Numbered from the stretch's first letter, positions 1 through 11,785 are shown. The stretch: DNA of 64,000 nucleotides from Octopus bimaculoides (GCF_001194135.2 NC_068982.1:146797494-146861493); one strand, 5' to 3'. Notes: generated by a model not told the origin, from the letters alone. Numbers and translations: made by a program.

Positions 1-143
1 AACATGTATGTATTATTTACACTATGTCTGTCTCATTCTGTCTGTCGATACGCACATACCTACCTACATACATACACACATATATGNNNNNNNNNNNNNN
101 NNNNNNNNNNNNNNNNNNNNNNNNNNNNNNNNNNNNNNNNNNN

Positions 144-177
<34 letters not shown>

Positions 178-560
178 TGTATACATACATACATACATAC
201 AAATATACATAGATACGTACGTAATACATACATACATACGTACATGCATTCATCCATGTATACATATATACATAAATACGTGCATACATACATGCATATT
301 TGCATATATATATGTATATATATATATGTATGTATGTATGTACATATATATATATGCATATATATACGTATGTAGGTACATACATGTTTAAATACATACA
401 TGTATACATAGTGCATGCATACACACACACGTACGTACATATATACGTATATACATGTGTACATATGTACAAAGGTGCGTTTATACATGCATACATACAT
501 ACGCATAGACATACGTTCTTACGTACATATACACATGCGCATTCTAAGTGAGAGAAAGGC
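1..560. repeat. Compound (TA)n/(TACA)n/(TATG)n microsatellite with a small N gap
   Basis: Directly visible. The overlapping ORFs here (YIYI, CMYV) are repeat translations. Confidence 0.95.
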
Positions 561-737
561 AGAGCAATATGCATATTTATTTTGTAAAACAGAACGTATA
601 TAATTACCTTCTCTCTTTCTCTGTCCCTTTTCTTCTCTTTCTCTGTCCCTTTTCTTCTCTTTCTCAACCTCTCTTTCTCTTGTACACACACAAGCACTTA
701 TATGTAGTGTTATAAATTATATATATTCCTAGAAAAA

Positions 738-741
<4 letters not shown>

Positions 742-828
<87 letters not shown>

Positions 829-850
829 CCACACACATACACCAACACAC
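742..850. repeat. (CA)n microsatellite
   Basis: Long uninterrupted CA run. Confidence 0.97.
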
Positions 851-1559
851 GTATATAAAATATAGTTTTCTCGATTACTAATATGCATAAATACACTCAC
901 GGATGATTTTATATATCTATAAATTGTAAAATATGCATGTGAAATACTATTAACCATTAGCGTGTTATTAGAATAAACTCGTATTCTCATATTTAAATAC
1001 AAGTGATCATTAGCAGATTAATAAATTTCTATTAGTATTTTTAAACGCACGAAAATATGTACATCTGAATTCAAGATATGTTTGTAGTTTAACTTATGAT
1101 AAATATATTTGATATCTACACTACTTTGGCGATTTCCTGTAGCTATCTCCATAAGTTTAAATTTTATGCTCGCCTTGAAACACTGCTTTGGCAGAAGTTC
1201 TTCGTCGATCGACGATGAAAATTCAATTGTTCGGACTTCTGAATTACTCGCTTCTCCATTAATGTTTAATTGTCGAAGTATTTTACGGACGCATGTACCC
1301 CTAATACAATTCTGAAGCAGTATCCGCATGACAAAAAAGCGTTGTCTAGACCATATTTTTCTGCAATTCTTAGTAAGAAACTATTCCTCGAAGCCATAAG
1401 GTTTTATTACTATCTACAGCCTTGATTTCGAAAGTGCCATGGATATGTGAAACACTTAATTATCGTAATTGTCCATCTTGTGTCAAGGAGATACAGACAA
1501 CCATTTGGCTCTCCCAATATAACATCCGGGACAAGAACACTAATGACGTGCTATCGGAG

Positions 1560-1660
1560 TTAGTAACTAAAGTACCATCTCAAAAATATGAAAGCCTATG
1601 TTGACCTCGGCTATATTTGAACTCAAAACGCAGAGAACCGTAATAAACTACGCTCTTACA
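1560..1660 (-). mobile_element. Degraded SINE family A fragment
   Basis: gttgacctcggctatatttgaactcaaaacgcagag matches the gtcgacctcggcggaatttgaactcagaacg core seen in better copies (5597, 18988). Confidence 0.6.
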
Positions 1661-2607
1661 ATTTAATGATTTATTTCTATGTATTAAAAAAAGTATGGGA
1701 TTTCGAATTTCTTACTTGTCATGAATTTAGACGCTGTATGTTCCCGTGTTCGGAGATACTAATGTAAAATATACTTTTAAAATATATGTATGTAGGATTC
1801 TGTCTCCGTTAACTTAACTTTTTGATAGTAGAAATTTGTGTTACATTTCTGGGTGTTGACATAAAAGTCATACCTGTTTCGTTGAAAACTGAAGAAGAAG
1901 GAATATGTTATATGGTGTTAAGCCATTTCGATTTATAATCATTACGAAAGAAAGAAATAATGATGGGAAAGTGGAAGAAGTTTGTTTGGAAGAAAAAGCA
2001 AGGCAATAGAATGAAAGAAGGAAAAACATAGGGAATAAGACAGTTTCAATCATGTATATATATATAAATCGGTCTTACTAGCTTATCATATGTCCATTAG
2101 GTTTTTTATTTGAATAAAAGCCTGAATAAAAGCCACAAATTGTTGACGTTTGAAGGGGAAAATGCATGTAGTATTTATACCACTGGCGACACGTTGGTCA
2201 ATGGAAATGATGGGGCTTCTGATTTTCCTTTTCATTAAGAACTTGTGGCAAAGGAAGCTAACTATCTTAATACGGAAAATGTACTCATACTCGCGAGAGA
2301 GAAATAAATATCGAAAGAACGAGAAAAAAAATAGTACAAAATCGAAGAACAATTAACAGAAAAAAAAAATCAACAAAAGCGAAACCTGATATACTCACGG
2401 TCAAAGATATCAGTTTATTAGTTCGGTGCTCAGAGAAATGGAATGCGTAAACTTTTAGAAGTTTCAGACATTGTTTTTCTCTTAGGTATAAAGTGTAGGG
2501 TAGAAAGAGAAGAGGAATACTACGGCGAAAAATCTATGTGTGTGTATGCATGCATGTGTATATGTGCACGTGTGTATGTGTGTGTGTATGTGTGCGTGTA
2601 TATGTAT

Positions 2608-2772
2608 ATACGACGGGCTTCTTTAGTTTTCATCTACCAATTCTTTTCATAAGGTTTAGGTTGACTCAGAGCTATAGTAAAAAACGTTCTTCCAAGATGC
2701 AGTGCAATGAGACTGAACCCGTAGTCATGTGGCTGGGAAATAAGCATCTTATAGCACAACCACAACTGCGCC
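2608..2772 (-). mobile_element. SINE family B, 5' half (tRNA-like head plus central domain)
   Basis: Aligns to 12075-12232 of the full copy (cgacgggcttc...ctaccaa...gagctatagta...gactgaaccc...catgtgg). It abuts a TG/TATG tract where the internal microsatellite lies. Confidence 0.8.
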
Positions 2773-2785
2773 TTCTTACACTTTA

Positions 2786-2786
2786 T

Positions 2787-2841
<55 letters not shown>

Positions 2842-3005
2842 GAGCTAGACAGACAAACAGACACACACACAGATAAAGAGATATATATTAGATAGATAGG
2901 TTGATAGATTGAGACAGGATAAGAGATAGAGATAGAGAACAGTGACGGCGGTGACGACGATGACAACGATGACGGCGATGATGGTGATGATGACGATATC
3001 GTTGC

Positions 3006-3070
<65 letters not shown>
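2786..3070. repeat. (GATA)n followed by (GAC/GCT/GAT)n compound microsatellite
   Basis: Directly visible. Confidence 0.95.
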
Positions 3071-4247
3071 TTACAATATGAATGAAACCAAGATAAAAGA
3101 TAAAAAAAGTACGATTCGAAGAGTAAGGTGATTGTGAGAGAAATATAAATCATGTATCATATATATAACACAATACAATGTGTAACAGAAGAGGGTCAAG
3201 GTTTACGACAGACATTATTTCATCTTTAAAATTCTTCAAATATATCGCTGTTATATCAAAGAATGTACTTGTCAAGCGATAAACGTTATAATATACCCCC
3301 TAAAGCACTACATTTATGCTTTCCAACACATTGTAAATTTGTAAATTAAGCTGACATTAATACCGTCACAGTGCAAACCCTCGGGGGATGGTTGTCACTT
3401 TTTATTTTTACTGTCCTTTGTTGTTACCGACAGTTCTCTAGCTTCAAGCGGAAGTTGAACGTAGCAGTTCTCTATCTTCCGGTTCGTATGACTTAAGTCA
3501 ATATTTGGTCCCAGCCAGCCTTCCGACCGACTCAGATCGTAATCGTTGTGCTATTGTTTCCTCTGTCACGCCTGTTTCACGATTGTTAATTTTTTACGTG
3601 CGAGTGTTTTGGCCGGAATCAACATATAAATAAAATGCCTGTAGCTATTTGATACCCATTTAATACATTAAGACGAACTCTTTTATGAGAATCGTCACAA
3701 GCGCTTTCTCTTCGTTAACTTATTTTTAGAATAGCATTCTTATTTTCATTTTGATACTTTCCTTTCTTTTTAAAAAAATTCTCATGGGAATTAAAAGCAG
3801 AGAATCTGTGATCATTTTATGTGCTTTTCTATGTATTTCCTCTTGTTCCTGTAATTAATTTATGTCCGAAATGTACTGTCTGCAAAAAGGACTATTTTTA
3901 TTTGTTGATATCGTAAATGTTTTATGTACTGTTAAAAGAAATAATGCTAAAATCTAAAGGAAATCGTAGAATCCTTCACAAGCGACGCCATAGAACGACC
4001 GAGTCTACAGAGTTGTTGTTGTTGTTATTGTTTTGCTCCAGCTTTTGCTTACATGGAAAGATGAAATAGAGAGCATCTGGAAAAGCAAAAATTTACAGGA
4101 TAAAGCCATAATAGAAATGCAGCGCATAAATGGAAGAAAGACGGAGGAAATTTCTTTGAAAAAACGATAGAAATGAATTTTTTCTAATTTTGGCATAAGA
4201 CAAGCATTTCTGAGGAGAAGCGAAAAGTCGACTACAAACTACCCAGT

Positions 4248-4366
4248 AATTGGCGAGTACTTTATTATATCGACCTCGGTGGCATTTGAACTCAGAAAGT
4301 AAAGAGCCGGGAAAAATTCCACCAAACACTGTCTGACGCGCTAACGATTCTGCTAGCTCGCTGCCT
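4248..4366 (-). mobile_element. SINE family A, 5' part
   Basis: tcgacctcggtggcatttgaactcagaaag...gcgctaacgattctgctagctcgctgcc is the reverse complement of the family head. Confidence 0.8.
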
Positions 4367-4534
4367 GGAGGCGGTGGGGGTGGGGGACTAAAAGAGAAAG
4401 TAACATGAAAAGATATTTGGTATATGGTAGATAATTTCATGACCAAAGGGGTCTTTAAGAATATTTTCTATCTTTAGTCTTCCACACCAAAGAGGTGTGG
4501 AAGACAAACATAGAAAATATTATGAAGAGAAGTA

Positions 4535-4855
4535 CAGTAGAACCACAGTTTTCGAACGCCTGTCATCACGAACACATCGGTTTACGAACAATTTTTCAAA
4601 CATAAAACTTCTTGGGTGACAAACGTTGTCTCGGATAACGAACGCACAAGCTGGCAACAACGGTTGTTGACGAGCTGAGAGTATCAGCGGGAGAGGGTCA
4701 GTTGCTCTCTAACTTTCACTCAGTGCACATTCCCGCACGAAATTGCTGTGCTGTCACTTGCATTTCCAACGGGAAAAATAGTTTCGGTTTACGAATATTT
4801 CGGTTGATGAACCTCCTTCAAGATCGAATTAAATTCTTAAACCGAGGTTCCACTG
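4535..4855. mobile_element. Tigger/pogo-like MITE
   Basis: TA-flanked (4533-34, 4856-57). Left end CAGTAGAACCACAGTT; reverse complement of right end CAGTGGAACCTCGGTT. Internal repeated ggtttacgaa/acgaac motifs are typical of Tigger subterminal regions. Confidence 0.85.
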
Positions 4856-5020
4856 TAAATGAGATCACTGAACTGATAGGTGGGGAAAAGCTGCAAATTA
4901 GTAAAAGACACACGAAAAGAAAATGAAGCAAGAGCATTTCGAATTGAAGAAGAACCCCACAAAAGAACCAAAAGTATTTCAACGGGTAGGGGCTGTACGC
5001 TAGTATATCTATGTGTGTAC

Positions 5021-5054
<34 letters not shown>

Positions 5055-5096
5055 ATGCGTGTGCATGTGTGTTTGAGTGTGTATGAATGTGCATGT

Positions 5097-5142
<46 letters not shown>

Positions 5143-5391
5143 CACGAAATTGTGTTTGACCCTCTGGTCGATAACTGATGAGGATTTGGTGACCTTCTGT
5201 ATGTGTTTTCCTTTAGTTTGTGCATTTATTATGTTTTACCTTTTATGTGTGTGTGTGTGTGTTGCATGTATGAATCCGCACACATATAAACACACTCAAA
5301 CACACGCATGTGCGCACGTATAGGAACATGCAATCATAAATTATTCATGGGTAAAAATAATAATGTTAACAACAACAACAACAACAACAAC

Positions 5392-5434
<43 letters not shown>

Positions 5435-5596
5435 NNNNNNNNNNNNNNNNNNNNNNNNNNNNNNNNNNNNNNNNNNNNNNNNNNNNNNNNNNNNNNNNNN
5501 NNNNNNNNNNNNNNNNNNNNNNNNNNNNNNNNNNNNNNNNNNNNNNNNNNNNNNNNNNNNNNNNNNNNNNNNNNNNNNNNNNNNNNNNNNNNNTAA

Positions 5597-5800
5597 TAAT
5601 CCTTTCTACTATAGGCACAAAGCCTGAAATTCGGGGGAAAAGTCGATTACATCGACCTCAGTACGCAACTGGTACTTATTTTATCGACCCCCGAAAGGAT
5701 GAAAGGCGAAGTCGACCTTGGTGGTATTTGAATTCACAAAGTAGCAGCAGACGAAATACCGCTATGTATTTCGCCCGGCGTGCTAACCATTCTGCCAGCT
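5597..5800 (-). mobile_element. SINE family A, near full-length (tail variant ...tatagtagaaaggatt)
   Basis: Head gagctggcagaatggttagcacgccgggcgaaat on the minus strand, B-box-like region, ggggtcgat motifs. (AAT)n lies on the head side and (AAT)n plus a gap on the tail side. Confidence 0.92.
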
Positions 5801-5801
5801 C

Positions 5802-5849
<48 letters not shown>

Positions 5850-5850
<1 letters not shown>

Positions 5851-6130
5851 TGCCATACCAGTGATTGTAGGATCTCTAGGAATGATAAAAAAAAGTACTG
5901 AAACCTATTTGAAAATGATACCAGGCTTACCATCCCTACAGGAAGTGCAAAAAATCGTGATAACTGGAACGACTCATGTACTGAGAAGATCATTACCGCT
6001 GTGAAAACAACATCCATTCATGAATTTTTTTTTTCTTAAATACATGTTTTACCTGTGAATTTGCGTGTGTAAACTGGGAATGCATACAACGAGTTTCTCT
6101 GCCCTAGGTGAACGGAAAAAACAATAACAA
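5850..6130 (+). mobile_element. R4/Dong-clade non-LTR retrotransposon 3' end (C-terminus of restriction-like endonuclease plus 3' UTR)
   Basis: Reads AIPVIVGSLGMIKKSTETYLKMIPGLPSLQEVQKIVITGTTHVLRRSL*, resembling the PVVIGALG...IQKxxLLGTxxILR terminus of R4-clade ORFs. It begins immediately after (AAT)n. Confidence 0.8.
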
Positions 6131-6289
6131 ATTAGGCAAATAATCTCGGAACACTAAATTCACAACTCCAACAAAAGTGCTGCCCCAGCAACAAATCGAC
6201 AAACAAAAGTGAAAACAGCAGCAAGAACAAGAAGAGAATCATCAATCGAAACACAAAATTGATTAATTAATTAATTAATAATACCGTAA

Positions 6290-6580
6290 CAACATATTAA
6301 CAATAATAATAAAAGCAACGGTGACAAAAACAACAACAACGGCAACAACGGTAACAACATGAAGAAGACTAGGAGCAATAACGACAGCAAAAACAACATC
6401 CGATACTACAATACTAACAACGTTAAGTTCATCAGTAAAAATAACTACAAAAATAACGACGGCGATAAGGCAGCAATAAAAATAGTAAAATTGGCAATAG
6501 CAACAACAACAACAATAGCAACAACAACAAAAATAACAGCAACAAAGACAACGACGACCATGATACAAAAGAAACTATCA
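6290..6580. repeat. AAC/AAT-rich low-complexity tract
   Basis: Degenerate trinucleotide repeats. Confidence 0.85.
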
Positions 6581-7009
6581 CTTTTTATTTTTATTTTTAG
6601 AAGATTTAGGTGTTTTGTAATGTAGATAAAAAACAAAAAAAAAGGAAAGCAGCTGGTCTGTTGTGGATGTCCTTCTTAAAACCTGTTGGCGACATCCTGA
6701 CAAGACAATATGACAGACTGGCGCCTGTCTCCATGTGTCTGCGCTGGTTTTCTCTGCCCCTGGGCGATGATGCAGCCACTATAGGCAAAGACGGAACAAT
6801 GTGTGTACTGNNNNNNNNNNATATATAAATACATATATAAATATATATATAAATATATGTGTGTGTGGGGGTGGGGAATGTGCGTGCACAGGCACATAGA
6901 CATGAATATACACATGTAGGGACATGAATAAATGCACGCACATAAATACGCAGTCAGACATATAGCTGAATAAATAGCATCACTGGCCCAGTGGAGAGAA
7001 AAATAAAGG

Positions 7010-7097
7010 ATAATTATGATGACGGTGCGGTTGATGATGGGACGTATGATGATGGTGTTGTTGTTGTTGTTGCTGTCGTTGTTGCTGCTGCTGCTGC

Positions 7098-7128
<31 letters not shown>

Positions 7129-7350
7129 GATCATCATGACGACGATGGTGATGGTGATGATGATGACGACGACAACGACGATGACGACGACGACGACGAC
7201 GACAATGATGAAGATGAAGAGAAAGCGGAGTAGAGAGGAGGAGGACGACAACAAGAAGTCTAAAGTACAGGGGAGGAGGTAGAAGAGGAGGGAGAGAGAT
7301 AGAGAGGAAGAAGAATACGAAGAAAAGAGAGGAAGAGAAGAAGAATGACA
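7010..7350. repeat. Compound (GTT)(GCT)(GAT)(GAC) and GA-rich repeat
   Basis: Directly visible. It generates spurious polyQ/H/L/D ORFs. Confidence 0.95.
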
Positions 7351-7619
7351 CCGACTAGGTAGGAGAGTTGGCGGTGGTGGTGGCAGTTTTAGCTGAAGCA
7401 GCTGGATATTGATAATTATGATTGCATCATCAGATAAAAAGTAATAATATTAAATAAATAAGTAAATGAATAAATAAATAAACTACTCTACTGACATACC
7501 AACCTAAGAGTAATTCTTAACTTTGGCACAAACCTTTGACTTCTAGGGATGGTGTTTTACAGTTCGTTTCCATTGATTTCATCGATGAGATCGGAAGTGA
7601 ATTTCGATGCCAGTTTAAT

Positions 7620-8330
7620 TCATGACGGAAAGGTCGTGGTTCTTTTCTACTCTAGGTACAAGGCTCGAAATTTTTAGAGAAGTGGCCAGTCGATTAGATC
7701 TTAGTGTGAAGATAAACGACTTCTTGGAGAAAGCAATGAGAGTGTGGGAAATGGAAGTGACATGCGAAAATGAATCACTGGAGGACGTAAAAGTGCGAAG
7801 GGACATTTTTCTGAGAGAGTTGCTCTCTCCGTTATTTTTTCGTCATTACGTTAATCCTCTTGACAAGTATACAGCGAATATCCAGGCCTACATATGAGTT
7901 TAGCAATGCCAAGATGAAAATAAAAGCCAAGATGATGAGATAATGGAAAAATGAACGAGAGAGAAAAAGTGAATGAGAGGAGAATTAGGAAGGTGCATGA
8001 AACGAAATTACACGAAGGGAATATCACTAAAGTCATAAATACTTGGACTATGCCAGTAATAAGATACTCTGCTCCCTTTCTGAAATAGACAAAGGTCGAA
8101 TACAGTGCTGGGATAGAACGAGAAAGCTGCTCACAATGCACAACGTGCTCCACCCAAGAAGTAATACCACTTGACTCTACCTACCAAGAAAGGAAGGCGG
8201 CAGAATATTATTAAACGCAGAAGACACGCTTAGTACTATGAAACTGGGTCTGAAAAATTATGTTGGGCAGCCAGAGAGAGCGAAAAGTTGACTGAAGCAG
8301 TAGGAAAATTGAAAGAGAAAAAGAAGAAAA
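7620..8330 (+). mobile_element. Decayed R4/Dong-clade RT and post-RT fragment (copy 1)
   Basis: VKVRRDIFLRELLSPLFF (decayed RGIFQGDSLSPLLF), then GNITKVINTWTMPVIRYSA and, after frameshifts, the LYLPRKEGG motif typical of R4/Dong ORFs. Confidence 0.8.
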
Positions 8331-8334
8331 ACAG

Positions 8335-8845
8335 GGATCATACGGCTGTAAAGATCAGCTACTGATTGATAAAGCCTTAACTGAAGACAGTCGCAGAAAG
8401 AAGGGTCAAATTATGGCTTGAATCGGTTATCAAAATGCTTTTGATAGTATTCCCCAGACATGGATCTTAGAAACACTAGCCATGAACAAAGTAGCACCAA
8501 TAATCATAATATATATATGTAACATGCCATGAATAAATGGCAGACAGTGCTACAGCTCCAGACAGAAGAGGAAGTCATAAGCACCAAAGCAATCTCCCTT
8601 AAAAGAGGAATATTCCAGGGAGACACGCTCTCTCCACTCCTTTTCTGCTTAGCACTGATACCTTTATCTGACAGGCTAAACAGATTTGGATGTAGATACA
8701 ACTGTTACGGCAAAATAATCAACCATCTCTTGCATATTAATATCCAAGTACCGGAATGAGACCCTGAGAGACCTCTGACAGCAGGCTGCTGTCCGCTCTC
8801 ACAGAATCTATCAGAACAAACAAGACCAAACGTTCTGAGAAGTAA
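8335..8845 (+). mobile_element. R4/Dong-clade RT fragment (copy 2) plus 3'-UTR-like piece ending in (CAA)n
   Basis: GCKDQLLIDKALTED...MA*IGYQNAFDSIPQTW...KRGIFQGDTLSPLLFCLALIPLS...KIINHLL. These are RT motifs with stops and frameshifts. Confidence 0.9.
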
Positions 8846-9063
8846 AACAACAACAACAACAACAACGACGACGACGACGCCAACGAGGAGGAGATGATGA
8901 AGAAGAAGAAGAAGAAGATGATGATGATGATGATGAAGAGGAAGAATGTTAACGAGCATTATTCTACGATATATATATTAAACACTGAAGTCGTTATCAA
9001 CATGCACAGAACAATTCAGAGCGACACGGATTCCAACGAGGTGTGTTCGTTTTTCATGCGGCA

Positions 9064-9120
9064 ATACTTGCCGAGGAGAGTTGAGGCAATAGCCAGAAGT
9101 CGAAATCATGATCTAAGTAT
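9064..9120 (+). ncRNA. Type I hammerhead ribozyme motif (U4C core variant, partly eroded stem II)
   Basis: Stem I ATACTTG/TAAGTAT; core CCGAGGA; stem II 9078-9101 with 7 of 10 pairs and an AATA loop; GAAA; palindromic stem III ATCATGAT; cleavage triplet AUC, predicted cut after 9113. Confidence 0.7.
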
Positions 9121-9450
9121 ATCCAATTCTTCATCCTACAGCTTTGATCTGTGAGGATTTTTGATAATCCTTACTCACTTGCCCGATTTCTGCTGATCCG
9201 TTGTATTTTTGGGTGTAATTCGGTGCTTTACTTGAGGATTTATGGCTCCTCTTTCTAGCATGTAGGCACCCCGTGTGCTCTCTATTGTAATTATAGTTAA
9301 TTATAATTATAATCATAAATTTTATTCTCTAGCTATTTAACGCTATTATTACTTGTCGTCACCTATATTTTTGTTGTTATCATTTATTTAAATTTACCGC
9401 TGGTAATAATAAGAGAAATATCTATATAAATATTCATTTGAATATTTACT

Positions 9451-9482
<32 letters not shown>

Positions 9483-9540
9483 NNNNNNNNNNNNNNNNNN
9501 NNNNNNNNNNNNNNNNNNNNTGTGTGTGTGTGTGTGTGTG

Positions 9541-10425
9541 TGTCCTTGAGTACTCCCCAATAGACAAAATCCATTAAGGTCAAGTCAGGTGGACGTGCTG
9601 GCTAATCAATTGGACTGGACCTCTTCGGCCAATCCATTTCTCAGGAAATGTTTCATCACGGACTGCTCTTGAATAATATAGAGGGGCCCCATCTTGTTGG
9701 AAATAAAAGTCACGTGAATTAGGTTGTTGTTTCAACCGTGGAGCAACTTGATTCATTAGAATTTTGAGAGAATTATCGCATGTGACCGTTCTATTAAAAA
9801 ATATGGGTCCTAAAACACCAGAACTGGAAATGCCACCCCAAAAAATGACACCAGGCTGGTTTTTCTGCTGCTCTAATGTTAAATGCATGTTTTCACTATA
9901 CCAGCAAATACAATTATGTCTGTTAGTATGACCGAATAATTTGAAAGAGGCTTCATAGGACCACACAATGTTATCTAAGATTATTGGATTTTCTTCAGTA
10001 TCGTTCAGCATTATCTCACTGAATTGCAGCCACCTCTCTGGGTCATCCTCTAATAAGACATGAATTAGTCGTGGACGATAAGCTTTTAACCCAATAGATT
10101 TCAGGATTCGAATAATAGAGGGTCGTGAAATGCTTAATTCCAAAGAGGCTCTCCTGGTGGACTTTTTTGGACTGTGAACAAATGCTTCGGTGACAAGTTG
10201 TTTATGATTCTCTATACAGACTGTTTTGGGTCGACCAGTTTTTGGAGCATTAAGAATTGAGTCAGTGGCATCGAATTTGTCACGAATGCGGTAAATGGTT
10301 TGTCTCTTTGGGGCTTGAGTACCAAATGTTTCAACCCTTTTTGTTCTAACGGTTTCAGCATTTTGTAATTTCCAATACTCTTTTGACACCCATTTTCTTT
10401 TATCAGTATTTAAATTATTTGCCAT
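9541..10425 (-). pseudogene. Inactive Tc1/mariner transposase
   Basis: HTH region with GRPKTV, IVWSYEASF (first catalytic D changed to Y), FQQDGAP, then a frameshift before PARPPDLTLMDFVYWGVLKD. Truncated. Confidence 0.92.
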
Positions 10426-10569
10426 AGTGGGTTCTCTGAATTATCTGAAAACAGATTAATTTAGATATATTTAGCTAAAAAATTTAAAAGAATATTGCAC
10501 AAATAACATAGTCATAACTGATACACAAATCTATTCCGCCTACTGTCCACTTACTTTTGGACCACTCTG
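9541..10569 (-). mobile_element. Tc1/mariner transposon, rosa-like, 3'-truncated
   Basis: 5' end TA|CAGAGTGGTCCAAAAGTAAGTGGACAG at 10569. The 3' TIR is lost at the (TG)n/gap. Confidence 0.92.
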
Positions 10570-10966
10570 TATATATATATATATCTATATACACTTACAC
10601 ATTTACATAAACGTGTCCATACGTTTGAATATATAAATGCTAAACGCTCAATGTGTGTGCGTGTGCTCAGTGACATGTGTATGAGTGGGTGTGTACGTCT
10701 GTGTATGTGGGAGTGTGTCTGCGTCAATTTGCATGCACCTGACTAGTTATACTTATTGTTTCATTACATGCTACGATGAAGTGGTAGCCGCTTTATCAAT
10801 TAGAATAATACCAGTAATTTATACGCATACGCATAATTACCTTTGGTAATTACCTTTCTTCTGCTCATAATATTTATACGCATACATCGGTAAAGTGTAT
10901 ATTAATGTCTGCATATCTATGAGTGAGATAGGAAGTATAACAGAGTAAGAAAGAAAAATTGTCAGA

Positions 10967-11020
10967 GAGAAAGAGACTCAACGAGAGAAAGAGACTCAAC
11001 GAGAGAAAGAGACTCAACGA
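10967..11020. repeat. 18-bp minisatellite (GAGAAAGAGACTCAACGA)x3 leading into (GA)n
   Basis: Three exact units. Confidence 0.95.
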
Positions 11021-11027
11021 GAGAAAG

Positions 11028-11070
<43 letters not shown>

Positions 11071-11296
11071 CAGGGAAGAAAAGTTATCTTAATATCCTAG
11101 GGATTATTAAGTAAGGAAGATGTTTGGTCGTATGTATTTCGTGCTAATCCTTTATTGCTTCTAATTACTTAATCCGTATCCTCTCCTCTCACCCTCTTTC
11201 TTTTCCTTACTCTAATATACACGCACAAGCACACAACACAAATACGTATGTACGCAGGCTCAAACTTCGTCTAAATGTATGTGTCTTCATATATAT

Positions 11297-11785
11297 NNNN
11301 NNNNNNNNNNNNNNNNNNNNNNNNNNNNNNNNNNNNNNNNNNNNNNNNNNNNNNNNNNNNNNNNNNNNNNNNNNNNNNNNNNNNNNNNNNNNNNNNNNNN
11401 NNNNNNNNNNNNNNNNNNNNNNNNNNNNNNNNNNNNNNNNNNNNNNNNNNNNNNNNNNNNNNNNNNNNNNNNNNNNNNNNNNNNNNNNNNNNNNNNNNNN
11501 NNNNNNNNNNNNNNNNNNNNNNNNNNNNNNNNNNNNNNNNNNNNNNNNNNNNNNNNNNNNNNNNNNNNNNNNNNNNNNNNNNNNNNNNNNNNNNNNNNNN
11601 NNNNNNNNNNNNNNNNNNNNNNNNNNNNNNNNNNNNNNNNNNNNNNNNNNNNNNNNNNNNNNNNNNNNNNNNNNNNNNNNNNNNNNNNNNNNNNNNNNNN
11701 NNNNNNNNNNNNNNNNNNNNNNNNNNNNNNNNNNNNNNNNNNNNNNNNNNNNNNNNNNNNNNNNNNNNNNNNNNNNNNNNNNNNN
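11297..11785. other. Assembly gap (N)
   Basis: N run that begins after (TA)n. Other large gaps lie at 13040-13483, 29475-30421 and 59842-60380. Confidence 1.

Noticed and set aside
4-697. Multiple 60-226 aa ORFs ([12 protein letters not shown]), here and at 22.2, 25.7, 31.0, 37.1, 39.6 and 42.5 kb
   Set aside because: They are translations of dinucleotide and tetranucleotide microsatellites, which lack stop codons by construction.
4205-4240. CTGAGGA-gaagc-GAAA-AGTCGACT hammerhead-like string
   Set aside because: Stem II is only 1 bp, there is an extra A before the palindrome and stem I does not pair. At best a remnant.
5140-5200. CTGATGA with an upstream GAAA and a GACC/GGTC hairpin (possible permuted hammerhead)
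   Set aside because: Stem I does not abut the core, and no UH triplet or stem III can be placed.
6676-7351. PolyQ/polyH/polyD ORFs resembling transcription-factor low-complexity regions
   Set aside because: The ORFs are open on both strands only because of trinucleotide repeats. There is no domain and no splice context.
10967-11020. Regularly spaced short repeats as a possible CRISPR array
   Set aside because: The units are contiguous with no spacers, the context is eukaryotic and there are no cas genes.
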